Source: a bacterium (GTDB lineage Bacteria > Zhuqueibacterota > Zhuqueibacteria > Zhuqueibacterales > Zhuqueibacteraceae). Taken from it: a stretch of 43,271 nucleotides of DNA. The notes beneath the pieces were generated by a model. It did no database searches. It saw only the letters and a list, made by a program, of their open reading frames with translations, and was not told where the DNA came from. Positions within the stretch are counted from its first letter, which is position 1; every line of letters starts with the position of its first letter. The translations under genes were made by a program, and so were the position numbers. The stretch is from NCBI GenBank assembly GCA_044869275.1, contig JBIOXB010000242.1, positions 1-43,271 of the forward strand. Reading direction: 5' to 3'. Shown in pieces: positions 1 through 9,193 of this stretch.

Positions 1-2
1 AG

Positions 3-446
3 GTTTCGGATTTTTTTGTGCCGCTGTTCGTGGACCAGCCCGATCCTAACGATTTGCTCAACCCGGCGAACTGGCAATACAGCGCGCCCGAAAGGCGCGC
101 CGGTGCAGCACCGCAAGCCGCCAGTGATCTCTTCAGCCTCGGTGCGATTCTGTGTGAATCGATCAGCGGCGTTCTGCCCGGGGAGCCGGCAGAAACCCCC
201 GCCGCCCCGCCGCCCGCCGATACCGAGCCGGCGGCGCAAAGTCTTCCGCTTCCGCCATTGCTCACGGAGATTGTCGCACGCGCGTGCCATCCGCTGGCGG
301 CGGAAAGATTTCAAAGCCTGGCCGAATGCGAGCAAGCGTTGCGCAGCGCGCTGGAGCTTTTGCAGAAGAATCAAGAAATCTCATTTGACGAGATTATGCA
401 CTTGTCGCGCGAAAGGCGTTTGCTCAAAATGGGGTGGCGAGAATAG
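3..446 (+). CDS. C-terminal part of a Ser/Thr protein kinase-like protein (5' end outside window), possibly a pseudokinase
   Basis: Frame is open from the window edge: VSDFF...WQYSAPE...SDLFSLGAILCE...RACHPLAAERF matches kinase subdomains VII-XI; DFG appears as DFF. Confidence 0.7.
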   Translation, partial: VSDFFVPLFVDQPDPNDLLNPANWQYSAPERRAGAAPQAASDLFSLGAILCESISGVLPGEPAETPAAPPPADTEPAAQSLPLPPLLTEIVARACHPLAAERFQSLAECEQALRSALELLQKNQEISFDEIMHLSRERRLLKMGWRE

Positions 447-564
447 AAATTGTCCTCGCATTCTCGAGATTGTCAACTTGCCGGACTTTGCCAAATCAGA
501 TCGTTGCATGCAGATCGGAGGCCGGGGATTTGTCGGGCGCATTACCTGCGGCCTCCGGCGCCGC

Positions 565-867
565 TCACGCGCGCCCGCGGAGTTTGGCAACCCACCAACG
601 CAATCCCACGAACAAATAACGCCAGTCATGAAAAAACTCCGGCGGTTTGCCCTCGAAGGCATGGCCGACGAATTGAAAGATCCATCCCACTACAAACAGC
701 GCCAGGGCCGCTTTCCACAAGTTCGGTACGAACGGTGCGGCGACAAACAGCACAACCGACACTGCAATTAACGGAATGCCGATGGTGTGGCAAATGCGAT
801 TGACGGAATTCTGATGGCTCTGGGCATATTGCCCGATCCATTCGTCCCAGGTTTTGCCGAAGAACAT
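565..867 (-). CDS. DUF962/Mpo1-like small membrane protein
   Basis: YAQSHQNSVNRICHTIGIP and QFVGHAFEGKPPEFF motifs; ATG at 867 with AGAGGAGG RBS. Confidence 0.85.
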   Translation of the reverse strand: MFFGKTWDEWIGQYAQSHQNSVNRICHTIGIPLIAVSVVLFVAAPFVPNLWKAALALFVVGWIFQFVGHAFEGKPPEFFHDWRYLFVGLRWWVAKLRGRA

Positions 868-960
868 GGTAGCCTCCTCTTCACATTTGATTCTGACCGC
901 TTGTTTACGGATAGGTGAGAAAATCCACAACAACCTCGTTTGCGGGCATAACAGCTTGTG

Positions 961-1047
961 AACGCGGATGACGCGGATCAGACGGATTTGCACGGACATT
1001 TTGCTTTGCTTGATCCGTGCCATCCGCAGCCTCCGTGTGATCTGTGG
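961..1047. repeat. Inverted degenerate tandem repeat, about 9-bp period (CGGAT x4 / ATCCG x4), hairpin-forming
   Basis: CGGAY cores at 965, 974, 983, 993; ATCCG-like cores at 1013, 1022, 1031, 1040. Confidence 0.85.
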
Positions 1048-1056
1048 TCAAAAAAA

Positions 1057-2667
1057 TTACCTCCCCGCGCGAGGCCCGGCTGCGCGGATGGCTTCCGAAA
1101 CCTCCGCGGAAAATTGCTCAAAATTCTTATGGAAAAGCCCGGCGAGGAATTTGGCCTTCTCATCATAGACATTGCCATTTTTCCACGTGTTGCGCGGCTT
1201 CAGGACTTCGGTGGGAACTTCGGGACAGGTTTGCGGAATGTGCAGGCCAAAAAACGGATCTTCTTCTGTTGGCACTTGCGCCAGGCGGCCGTCGAGCGCG
1301 GCACTGATCATCGCACGGGTGTAAGCAATCTTCATGCGCTGACCCTCGCCGAACGGCCCGCCGGTCCAGCCGGTGTTGACCATCCAGCAATGCACTCTGT
1401 GCTGCGCGATTTTTTCGCCGAGCATCTTGGCATACACCGTCGGATGCAAAGCCATGAACGGTGCGCCGAAACAGGTGCTGAACGTGGCCTGCGGCTCTTT
1501 CCCCAGGCCTTTTTCCGTGCCCGCCACTTTCGCCGTATAGCCGGACAGAAAATGATACATCGCCTGATCGGGCGTGAGCTTCGCAATCGGCGGCATCACG
1601 CCAAAGGCGTCGGCGGTGAGCATGATGATATTTTTCGGATGGCCTCCCCTGCCGCTGCGCTCGTGATTGGAAATGTAGCCGATGGGATAGGCCGCGCGCG
1701 TATTTTCGGTGAGTGAAGCATCGTCCAAATTCAAGCGGCGTGTGTAAGCGTCATAGGTGACATTTTCGAGAATGGTGCCGAAACGCCGCGTGGTTTCGTA
1801 GATTTCCGGCTCGGCTTCTTTGGAAAGGCGGATCACCTTCGCGTAACAACCGCCTTCGAAATTGAACACGCCGGTCTTGCTCCACCCGTGCTCGTCGTCG
1901 CCGATCAAGCGGCGGTTGGGATCGGCGGAAAGCGTGGTTTTGCCCGTGCCGGAAAGTCCGAAGAACACCGCGACGTCTTCCTGCTTGCCGACATTCGCCG
2001 AGCAATGCATGGACAAAACTTCCTGCAGCGGCAGCGTGTAGTTCAACACCGTGAAAATCGATTTCTTGATTTCACCGGCATAACTGGTGCCGCCAATGAT
2101 CACCAGACGCTGTCCGAAATTCACAATAATGAACACTTCGGAGTTGGTGCCGTCACTCTCCGGCACGGCGTGAAAGCGCGGCATGTTGATGACGGTGAAC
2201 TCGGGCTTGTGCTCGGCCAGCTCTTCCCATCTGGGCCGCACGAACAAATTACGGGCGAAGAGATTGTGCCAGGCGGTTTCGGTGATGATGCGGATCGGCA
2301 GACGATATTGGGGATCGGCGCCGGCGTAGCAATCCTGAATGAAGATTTCTTTGTTTTGAATATATGCCAGCAGTCGCTGGTACAGGGTGCCGAACTTTTC
2401 GGCGTCGAAAGCGCGGTTGACTTTTCCCCACCAAATATTTCTTTCGCTGGAAGGCTCTTTCACGAGGTATTTGTCATTGGGCGAGCGGCCGGTATGATGG
2501 CCGGTGCGCACCACGAGCGGGCCGAGATGCGCAGAGGTACCCTCCCGGCGACGAAGAGCTTCGTCATAGAGCGCGGCTGAGGTCAGATTCCAGTATTGCT
2601 CGTTAACGTTACGAATGCCGTGAATTTCCAAACCGTGTTTACTGCGTGTGGTAATGGGGGATGACAT
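1057..2667 (-). CDS. pckA: Phosphoenolpyruvate carboxykinase (ATP)
   Basis: TGRSPNDK, GGTSYAGEIKKS, FFGLSGTGKTTLS P-loop, LIGDDEHGW, NFEGGCYAK; ATG 2667 with AGGAGGAG RBS. Confidence 0.97.
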   Translation of the reverse strand: MSSPITTRSKHGLEIHGIRNVNEQYWNLTSAALYDEALRRREGTSAHLGPLVVRTGHHTGRSPNDKYLVKEPSSERNIWWGKVNRAFDAEKFGTLYQRLLAYIQNKEIFIQDCYAGADPQYRLPIRIITETAWHNLFARNLFVRPRWEELAEHKPEFTVINMPRFHAVPESDGTNSEVFIIVNFGQRLVIIGGTSYAGEIKKSIFTVLNYTLPLQEVLSMHCSANVGKQEDVAVFFGLSGTGKTTLSADPNRRLIGDDEHGWSKTGVFNFEGGCYAKVIRLSKEAEPEIYETTRRFGTILENVTYDAYTRRLNLDDASLTENTRAAYPIGYISNHERSGRGGHPKNIIMLTADAFGVMPPIAKLTPDQAMYHFLSGYTAKVAGTEKGLGKEPQATFSTCFGAPFMALHPTVYAKMLGEKIAQHRVHCWMVNTGWTGGPFGEGQRMKIAYTRAMISAALDGRLAQVPTEEDPFFGLHIPQTCPEVPTEVLKPRNTWKNGNVYDEKAKFLAGLFHKNFEQFSAEVSEAIRAAGPRAGR

Positions 2668-2911
2668 ACACGCTCCTCCTCTGATGGCGCTAAGTTCAAG
2701 GAATGGAAAATTTTGACGAACCTGTTTGCCGGAACCGTGCCTGCCGCCGGACCGGCGGTTCTTTCGCCGGCCTGTTGCGCAAAAAAATTTATCCCGCGGG
2801 GAGCGGGACACGGCTTCTATCGCATAGAAGCAAGATTGCGGGAAATGATTGGTGCAGCCAATATATCAAAAATTCCGGCACAAGAGCAACCCTGATTTTG
2901 GCTGGTGCGAT

Positions 2912-2948
2912 AAAAAACGGGCAGCCCCGAAAAATTGGGACTGCCCGT
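2912..2948 (-). terminator. Rho-independent terminator of the 2969-3736 gene
   Basis: Minus strand ACGGGCAGTCCC-loop-GGGGCTGCCCGT followed by TTTTT. Confidence 0.75.
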
Positions 2949-2968
2949 GGCTGCGATCAAGAGAGCAA

Positions 2969-3736
2969 TTAGTTCAAGACTTGTTGATATTGCAAATGTT
3001 CCTTCGCCGCAGAGATGGAAGGTGACTGGCGTTTTCTTTTGTGGTTGCGCGCGCGGCGCTTCAGCGTGGCGCGCACTTTCGCCACCACGGCCAGAGCCAG
3101 CAAGCCGCTGCTGCCGGCAACACTCCAAAACGCCACCGGGCTCATGGCTGCGGAATTTTGTTCCAGCAATTGCCAGGCGCCGGAGGACGCAAACTCGATT
3201 TCGACGGGTGCGGAGGCTTTGTCCGAGGGCGAGCGAAATTCGAAATCCACAGTGTTCTTGCCGTCCGTCAGCATGCCATAATTCCGGCTGCGCTCGGTCA
3301 ATTCTTGGAACATTTCGTTGCGCAAAACCAGGCGATACGGCTTCAACAGCAGCGCATACCAGCACGTAACATAAACGCGGTTGGGTACGGACGTGGAATC
3401 TGCGGAGCGATAAGTAATCGCGGCACTGTCGGCGCGCAATATGCGCTCATTGAGCGTCGCTAAGATTCTTTGCTGCACGTAATGCAGGATCGCGGTTTGA
3501 GATTCATCGAATTCCAACTGGTTCATTTCGCCGTCGCCGTCACGATCGCGCAGTACGCGCGCCTGCTGCAACAGGTGTGGATGGATTTCGAGCTCGAGCG
3601 CCAAGACCTTGGCCTGCATTTGAAAGCTGGAATAAGTATAGGTTTCGGGTTCTTCTGCAAAACCAGGAAGCGCAGGTACCAGCAGCGCGCCACCGGCGGC
3701 GCACATCAAGGCCATCTTTTTCCAAAATTTGTTCAT
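2969..3736 (-). CDS. Exported hypothetical protein: signal peptide, EF-hand-like loop, C-terminal TM helix and basic tail
   Basis: MNKFWKKMALMC...PGFA signal; DRDGDGEMNQLE fits the 12-residue EF loop; hydrophobic stretch followed by KRRARNHKRKR; AAGGA RBS before ATG 3736. Confidence 0.75.
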   Translation of the reverse strand: MNKFWKKMALMCAAGGALLVPALPGFAEEPETYTYSSFQMQAKVLALELEIHPHLLQQARVLRDRDGDGEMNQLEFDESQTAILHYVQQRILATLNERILRADSAAITYRSADSTSVPNRVYVTCWYALLLKPYRLVLRNEMFQELTERSRNYGMLTDGKNTVDFEFRSPSDKASAPVEIEFASSGAWQLLEQNSAAMSPVAFWSVAGSSGLLALAVVAKVRATLKRRARNHKRKRQSPSISAAKEHLQYQQVLN

Positions 3737-3823
3737 GGTTGCGTCCTTCAAAATTGCTAATCATCCTGATCCTCCCCCCGGCACCGCCCGCCGATCCTTT
3801 CCCCGGGCTGACGCCTGATCGAA

Positions 3824-3839
3824 TGCAAATGCCGTGCCG
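3824..3839 (-). promoter_or_regulatory. sigma-54 (-24/-12) promoter
   Basis: Minus strand CGGCACGGCATTTGCA = GG-N10-GC, close to TGGCACG-N4-TTGCW, about 90 bp upstream of ATG 3736. Confidence 0.7.
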
Positions 3840-4058
3840 GTTGCATGAAAAATGGGGACCGGAAACAATATGAAGTTTTTTTCACGGTTTCCGCAGTGTG
3901 GTTTTTCAGGGATTTTTCAAAGAAAAAAAGTAAGCGTGTTGACAAAATCCGCGACGGGCCATTTCGCTCGCGCGCTGTCAGCGTCACACGACAAAAATCA
4001 CGGGTCGCCACACATCTTTGTAAGACAAATTCGTACCGCGGAGGCGCGGCGCCATTTT

Positions 4059-4895
4059 TCAGCCCAAGCCCGGCAGCCATGAATCCGCCAGGAGCTGCAT
4101 ACAGGCCCGCGCAGAAGGCGTCAGTTCGTCACGATTCGTCGCGACATGCTGACGAATTGCCGCGGCCGTATGCGGCACCGCCAGCAGCGCGGTGATTTCA
4201 TCGGCTTCAACCGCCGCGGCCCTTTCCTTTTCGATTTCAGCCATGGTGCTGCGCACGCGGGCGTAAAACACCAGGTCGGGTTTGGCGGTTTGTAGATTTT
4301 CAACGAGGCCGCAGCAGACCAGGGTGCGCACGGCGGCGGCGGGCAGATTTAACTCGGTTTCCAATTCTTCCAGAATCGCGCGAAAAAGATCTGGCTTGCC
4401 GTGGGCGAAATGTCGATCCGGATGTGCGTGCCCGCCGATGACGTCCAGCTTGCCCGGCTCTTCGCCGAGATGCGCGCCGCGGCGAATGATCGGCAGGTAA
4501 TCGTCTGCCGTAATAACGAGCGCGCTCACGCCCAAGCCGCGCACCGCAGTGCGCGCGCCAAACGCCTGCGACAATTCCTCCGCGTGCGCGTTGTGGTAGA
4601 TTTGATCGCGATAGCAAGTCCGTCCGAGGTGCAACGTCAGGCGTTGGTGTGTGGCCGTGAAGTTTTCCAAATGAAAGAGCTCGCCGTTGAACAGATACTG
4701 GTCGCCGCGCGCCGTCAACTTTTCCCAATACGCAAGCGCGCGATCGGCATGCGGCGCGGGCGGAGCATAGACTTGCGCCGAATCATGCACAGCGACTTGT
4801 TCTGGCAGCCAGTTTCCGGCGCACAGTATCCGGAAGGTGTTTGGGAGAGATGACAAGGGATGAAAATTTGTTCGGGGTAAGCGTTTCTTGCTCAA
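4059..4895 (-). CDS. Nudix hydrolase superfamily protein (NUDT22-like)
   Basis: GVSALVITAD, DVIGGHAHP...FRAILEELETELNL degenerate Nudix box; TTG start overlaps the pduL stop (start uncertain). Confidence 0.7.
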   Translation of the reverse strand: MSKKRLPRTNFHPLSSLPNTFRILCAGNWLPEQVAVHDSAQVYAPPAPHADRALAYWEKLTARGDQYLFNGELFHLENFTATHQRLTLHLGRTCYRDQIYHNAHAEELSQAFGARTAVRGLGVSALVITADDYLPIIRRGAHLGEEPGKLDVIGGHAHPDRHFAHGKPDLFRAILEELETELNLPAAAVRTLVCCGLVENLQTAKPDLVFYARVRSTMAEIEKERAAAVEADEITALLAVPHTAAAIRQHVATNRDELTPSARACMQLLADSWLPGLG

Positions 4896-5644
4896 ATGAA
4901 AGTTTTGTGCGCTTTCGCCAGCTCTGCGGCCGCGGGGGTGATCTTGGCGCCGGCGGGGACTTTGATTCTCCGTTTTTGCAGTATGGCCCGGCGCACATCG
5001 TTTTCCGTAATCAGCGTTATTTCCGGCTCGGCACGATGGGCCTGCGCAAACCCCAGCAAACGCACCTGGTCGCCATTTTTCAAACCCGAGGCATTGGCTT
5101 CGTCCGTATCCAGGTGAAAATCGAGCACAAAGGTTTCGTGCACGCGAATCAACACGTTGTCGAAAATCACCGTGCGCGCTTCCGAGCCTGCCGGTGGCGT
5201 TTGCGGCAGGGGAGCGACGATCACGCGGTCGCGATCCTTGACGCCAAATTTTTTGGCGTCCTCCGGGCTCATATGAATGTGGCGCTGCGGAATAATGATG
5301 CCTTCGTTCAAGATCACTTCGCCCTTTGGGCCGGCCAGCCGCGCGCCCGGCGAACCTTGCAGATCGCCGGAATAACGCACCGGTGGATCGAGCCCCAAGA
5401 CCACCGCGTCCGTGCGCGAAAGCTCGAGCTGCGTTTGCCCGCGCGGCGGGCCGACGATGCGAATGTTTTCAATTCTCCCTTTCGGCCCGATGACGGCCAA
5501 AGTTTCGCGGGTGGCATACTGGCCTTTTTGTGAGACCTCTTTTAATTTGGTCAAGGTATGCCCGCCGCCGAAAAGCTTTTCAAGGTCGGCCGCAGCGATA
5601 TGAAAATGGCGATTGGATACGCCGACGGGGATTATGAGAGGCAT
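4892..5644 (-). CDS. pduL: PduL-family phosphate acyltransferase with C-terminal extension
   Basis: SNRHFH, SQKGQYA, QLELSRTDA, PVRYSGDL, QRHIHM, FHLDTDEANA are PduL signature segments. Confidence 0.9.
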   Translation of the reverse strand: MPLIIPVGVSNRHFHIAAADLEKLFGGGHTLTKLKEVSQKGQYATRETLAVIGPKGRIENIRIVGPPRGQTQLELSRTDAVVLGLDPPVRYSGDLQGSPGARLAGPKGEVILNEGIIIPQRHIHMSPEDAKKFGVKDRDRVIVAPLPQTPPAGSEARTVIFDNVLIRVHETFVLDFHLDTDEANASGLKNGDQVRLLGFAQAHRAEPEITLITENDVRRAILQKRRIKVPAGAKITPAAAELAKAHKTFI

Positions 5645-5656
5645 GCGTTTGTAAAT

Positions 5657-6058
5657 CTATTTCGAGTTTTCCAGGCGCAGTTCCGGGATTTTTTCAAAAT
5701 GTTTGAGATTATCCGTCACCAAGGTAGCGTCCTCTGTTAAAGCGATAGAGGCAATAAGCAAGTCGAGAACAGCTATTGGCTGACCCAACTTGCGAAGTCG
5801 TGCTTTTTGCTCGCCAAAGTGCTTGGCCGCCGTGACCGAAAACCCGATGTATCCGATTTCGGCAATGAATTCCTCGAGCTTCAAGCGGTTGATTTCTCGA
5901 TATTGCTCTGTTGAATTCTCGACACCATAATACAATTCTGCGATACTTATCACATTAGTCACAATGCGATCGTCTTCATGTGCATTAACTTGTTGCCGGA
6001 CATTTCCAACGTCTTTCAACCAGAAAATGCAGGAATTCGTGTCCAGCAAGCAAATCAT
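5657..6058 (-). CDS. vapC: VapC-family PIN-domain toxin
   Basis: LLDTN, IAELYYG, DLLIASIAL, LVTDNLKHF acidic PIN residues; start overlaps the antitoxin stop. Confidence 0.92.
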   Translation of the reverse strand: MICLLDTNSCIFWLKDVGNVRQQVNAHEDDRIVTNVISIAELYYGVENSTEQYREINRLKLEEFIAEIGYIGFSVTAAKHFGEQKARLRKLGQPIAVLDLLIASIALTEDATLVTDNLKHFEKIPELRLENSK

Positions 6059-6339
6059 AGTCCTTCTCTTTCAGGGGCGCTAACTCGACTGCTTCTAATA
6101 TCGGCAATAATCTCGTCGGCAGTGCGATCATCTTGCCACGCCCCGGCAAAACGGTCGCCGAGTTTTGGCGCTTTGTTGGGTGACCGAAAACGCCATAAAA
6201 GAAAATCCCCAAAATCTAGCCATTCCAAAACTTTATTCGGCGGCAGTTTTTGCAAAAGAAGATCCAACCTAGCGTTGATCGTATCTGCACGAGCTTCGGC
6301 TTGAAAGCTGGCTGTTTTATTTTCTGAAATTTTAGACAT
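6055..6339 (-). CDS. Putative antitoxin of the VapC module
   Basis: 94 aa, directly upstream of and overlapping vapC; AGAWQDDRTADEIIADIRSSR C-terminus resembles VapB-type antitoxins; AGAGG RBS. Confidence 0.75.
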   Translation of the reverse strand: MSKISENKTASFQAEARADTINARLDLLLQKLPPNKVLEWLDFGDFLLWRFRSPNKAPKLGDRFAGAWQDDRTADEIIADIRSSRVSAPEREGL

Positions 6340-6519
6340 GGCTGCACCTCTTTTCGTATTCTGTTCCCAAAAACGGAGGCAATTTCGTGAGGTCATCGCA
6401 AAAGAGCAAGCAATATTTTCGCGTCTGCGAAGGTTGCAGTCAAGTGCAAGGTCACTACAATCGGGCCATGTGGGAGAGAAATCTTCCAAGCGTCTATTGA
6501 CAAATCACTGTTTTATTCA

Positions 6520-7752
6520 TCAATCAAAATCAGGAATGCTATTAAATGCGATGCGCGTGGGCGCAGCGTTTTTCACGTCGTGAATGCCGCCCAAATAGAC
6601 CGCATCGCGGCCGTACTTCGCGTTGAGGGAATCGATCGCGCGTGACAGCTTTTCGCGCTTGCGATCATCGAAGAACGAGAGATTGTGCAAATGCGCAGGG
6701 ACGAGATCGAGCAGAGTGACGCCCACTGCCAAAGGCTTTCCTGGCGGGCAAGTCTCCCACAGCTTTTGCAATGCTTCCAGCAAAGTCATGGTATCCTGGC
6801 ACTCGACCAGCCGCAGTTTGTCGCTCCACTCTTCCGCTCCAATAAATTTGATGAAAACGGAAATGCTGCTCGTCCAATAATTCATCTTGCGCAAACGCGC
6901 GGCAGCTTTGTGCAACAGTTTCCTGGCAACGGCATAGGCGCCTTCCGGATGGCGCAGTTCCGGCGATAACACATGCGAATGGCCGACTGTGCTGCGATGC
7001 GTTTCGAGCTCGGGCAAGTCGTCGCCGCGCAACCAGTGCCAAAATCTCTCGCCGATGATGCCGTTCCAGATCTTAATCATTTGTGTTTTGGATAACGCGC
7101 ACAATTGCGCGGTGGTATAAATCGCATGCTGATGCAAGCGCTTGAGCATGCGCCTGCCGATGCCGGGGAAATCCTGCAGCGCCAGCTGGTGCAGAATCTG
7201 GGGCAAGTCATCGCGCTGGATCACCACCAGACCGTCGGGCTTTTGCATATCGGTTGCGACCTTTGCCAAAAACCGGTTGGACGCCAGGCCGATGGAACAG
7301 CATAGCGTGCTGCCCACGCGCTCGTGGATCGCCGCCTTCATGTGCTTGGCAATGGTGAGCGCCTTGTCGAGTTGCTGCTCGCTGCCCATCAAGCGGCAGG
7401 CCATTTCATCGATAGACAACACCGCGGCGATGGGCAGACAATACGAGATCGCTTCGACGATGCGGTGATGGTATTCGACATAGACGCGATGCCGCGCTTC
7501 AATCAACCGAATGCCCGGACAGAGCTTGCGCGCGTCCGCCACCATGGTGCCGGTTTTCACGCCAAATTTCTTGGCTTCGTAGCTCGCCGCAATACAGCAG
7601 GTTTTGTCCGTCATTACCGGCACCACGCCCACCGGCTGGTGGCGCAGTTCCGGCCGCAGTTCTTGTTCGATGGAAGCAAAATAGGAATTGAGATCGATGA
7701 AGAGCCAGTGCAACGCTTCCGTGTCCGTATCTTTTCGCAGTTCACTTCTCAT
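6520..7752 (-). CDS. dinB: Y-family DNA polymerase (DinB/Pol IV-like)
   Basis: FIDLNSYFASIEQ, IAASYEAKKFGVKTG, SIDE catalytic motif, LAKVATDMQKPDG, PGIG HhH. Confidence 0.88.
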   Translation of the reverse strand: MRSELRKDTDTEALHWLFIDLNSYFASIEQELRPELRHQPVGVVPVMTDKTCCIAASYEAKKFGVKTGTMVADARKLCPGIRLIEARHRVYVEYHHRIVEAISYCLPIAAVLSIDEMACRLMGSEQQLDKALTIAKHMKAAIHERVGSTLCCSIGLASNRFLAKVATDMQKPDGLVVIQRDDLPQILHQLALQDFPGIGRRMLKRLHQHAIYTTAQLCALSKTQMIKIWNGIIGERFWHWLRGDDLPELETHRSTVGHSHVLSPELRHPEGAYAVARKLLHKAAARLRKMNYWTSSISVFIKFIGAEEWSDKLRLVECQDTMTLLEALQKLWETCPPGKPLAVGVTLLDLVPAHLHNLSFFDDRKREKLSRAIDSLNAKYGRDAVYLGGIHDVKNAAPTRIAFNSIPDFD

Positions 7753-7755
7753 ACT

Positions 7756-8376
7756 TCACCACGACTTCCCATGCACCTTCGCCAGCGGGTCGGGAGCATA
7801 TTCATTTTCCTTGCTGCGCGCCGTAATACTCTGCTCCCAGTTGGGCGGCAGCTCCATGACCGAGCCACAGCTCTGGCATGTCCGGCGCTCGAGCGAAGAA
7901 TAAAAATTCCGCATCACCATGGGAAACTGCTTGACGATGTCTTCGAGAAAGAAATACTCCTCGTATAAAAGATTGCCGCATTGCTCGCAAAAATACATGA
8001 ATCCGTCGGTTTCGCCCGGCTGGCGATGCTTTTCGATAATCAAGCCGTACGTTCCCGCAAACCGCCGCGGCGAATGCGGTACCTTAGGTGGTATCAAGAA
8101 CATCTCCCCTTCGCGCAGCTCCACCGTGCTGTGTTTGCCTTCATGATAAAGCCCGATTTTGATGTCCCCCTTGAGCTGTAAGAACAATTCCTCGCTTTCA
8201 TTATAATGATAGTCCTTGCGCGCATTCGGCCCGCCGGAAACCATTACGATGAAGTTGTCATTGCCTTTGAACACGGTTTCGTTCGTGACCGGCGGCATGA
8301 GTCGATGCTTGTTGCTTTCGATCCAGCCCAGCAGATTGAAGGGCTCCAGCGGCTTTTGTACTTCGCGAATAGGCAT
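7756..8376 (-). CDS. nbaC: 3-hydroxyanthranilate 3,4-dioxygenase
   Basis: GGPNARKDYHYNESEELFLQLKG, VPHSPRR, rubredoxin-like CEQC...CQSC. Confidence 0.92.
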   Translation of the reverse strand: MPIREVQKPLEPFNLLGWIESNKHRLMPPVTNETVFKGNDNFIVMVSGGPNARKDYHYNESEELFLQLKGDIKIGLYHEGKHSTVELREGEMFLIPPKVPHSPRRFAGTYGLIIEKHRQPGETDGFMYFCEQCGNLLYEEYFFLEDIVKQFPMVMRNFYSSLERRTCQSCGSVMELPPNWEQSITARSKENEYAPDPLAKVHGKSW

Positions 8377-8455
8377 GGCGCATTCTCCCGGGTGTGGCGT
8401 TGATGAGAAAAACTTGAAATCTTATTCTGAGTTTGAAAAGCTAATCGCATGCCTG

Positions 8456-8881
8456 TCAATCTATCACCGCGATGCACTTCAGCTCAATCGCGATGGGCGT
8501 GGGCAGTGCGTTGACTTCCACGGTCGTGCGGCAGGGCTGGTGCTCCTGGAAGTATTCCGCATAAATGCGATTGAAGACGGAAAAATCTGCTTTCATGTTG
8601 GTCAAAAAAACAGTGACATCAACGAGCCCCTCCCAGCTCGATCCGGCTTCTACCAAAATCGTGCGGATGTTTTTGAAAACGGCATGGCATTGCGCAGCGA
8701 AGTCATAGGAAATTATATTGCCCTGTTCATCCAGATCCACGCCTGGGATTTTCTTCGCGCCTCGTTCCCGCGGGCCGATGCCGGACAAAAAAAGCAGATT
8801 GCCCACGCGCCGCGCGTGGGGATACGGGCCTACGGGCTCCGGGGCTTTTGAGGAAACAATGGACTGGGCTTGATTCATCAT
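8456..8881 (-). CDS. RidA/YjgF family protein, likely 2-aminomuconate deaminase given adjacency to nbaC
   Basis: APEPVGPYPHARRVGNLLFLSGIGP, FNRIYAEYF, PCRTTVEVNALP, IELKCIA. Confidence 0.85.
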   Translation of the reverse strand: MMNQAQSIVSSKAPEPVGPYPHARRVGNLLFLSGIGPRERGAKKIPGVDLDEQGNIISYDFAAQCHAVFKNIRTILVEAGSSWEGLVDVTVFLTNMKADFSVFNRIYAEYFQEHQPCRTTVEVNALPTPIAIELKCIAVID

Positions 8882-9193
8882 GCTCGCGCTTCCACCTTTG
8901 CGCTCGGTGCAGCTGCTGACGGAGAATGGACCTAAAGCATGCGGAGAAGTTTTGCAGCTCATCGTGACGAGCAAGCTGATGGCGCCGGGAGGAGTGCCGC
9001 GTTTCCACACAAGGCTTTTCCTGGACTGCGGCATGAATCGACCTACACGGCCAGGGCCTCTGGCTCGCGAAAAGAGATGCTGGTGCGATGAAATTTAAGA
9101 TTTCAAACCAGCAAGCCTTGAAATAATCCTTTGCGGTTTTCGGGCCTTGACTTTTGAAAAGGATTCAGCCCAAGGCAATCTTGTCTCGAAAAC

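Noticed and set aside
8885..9100. Riboswitch or Trp attenuator upstream of ridA-nbaC
   Set aside because: No Trp-rich leader peptide, terminator or recognisable aptamer could be identified by eye
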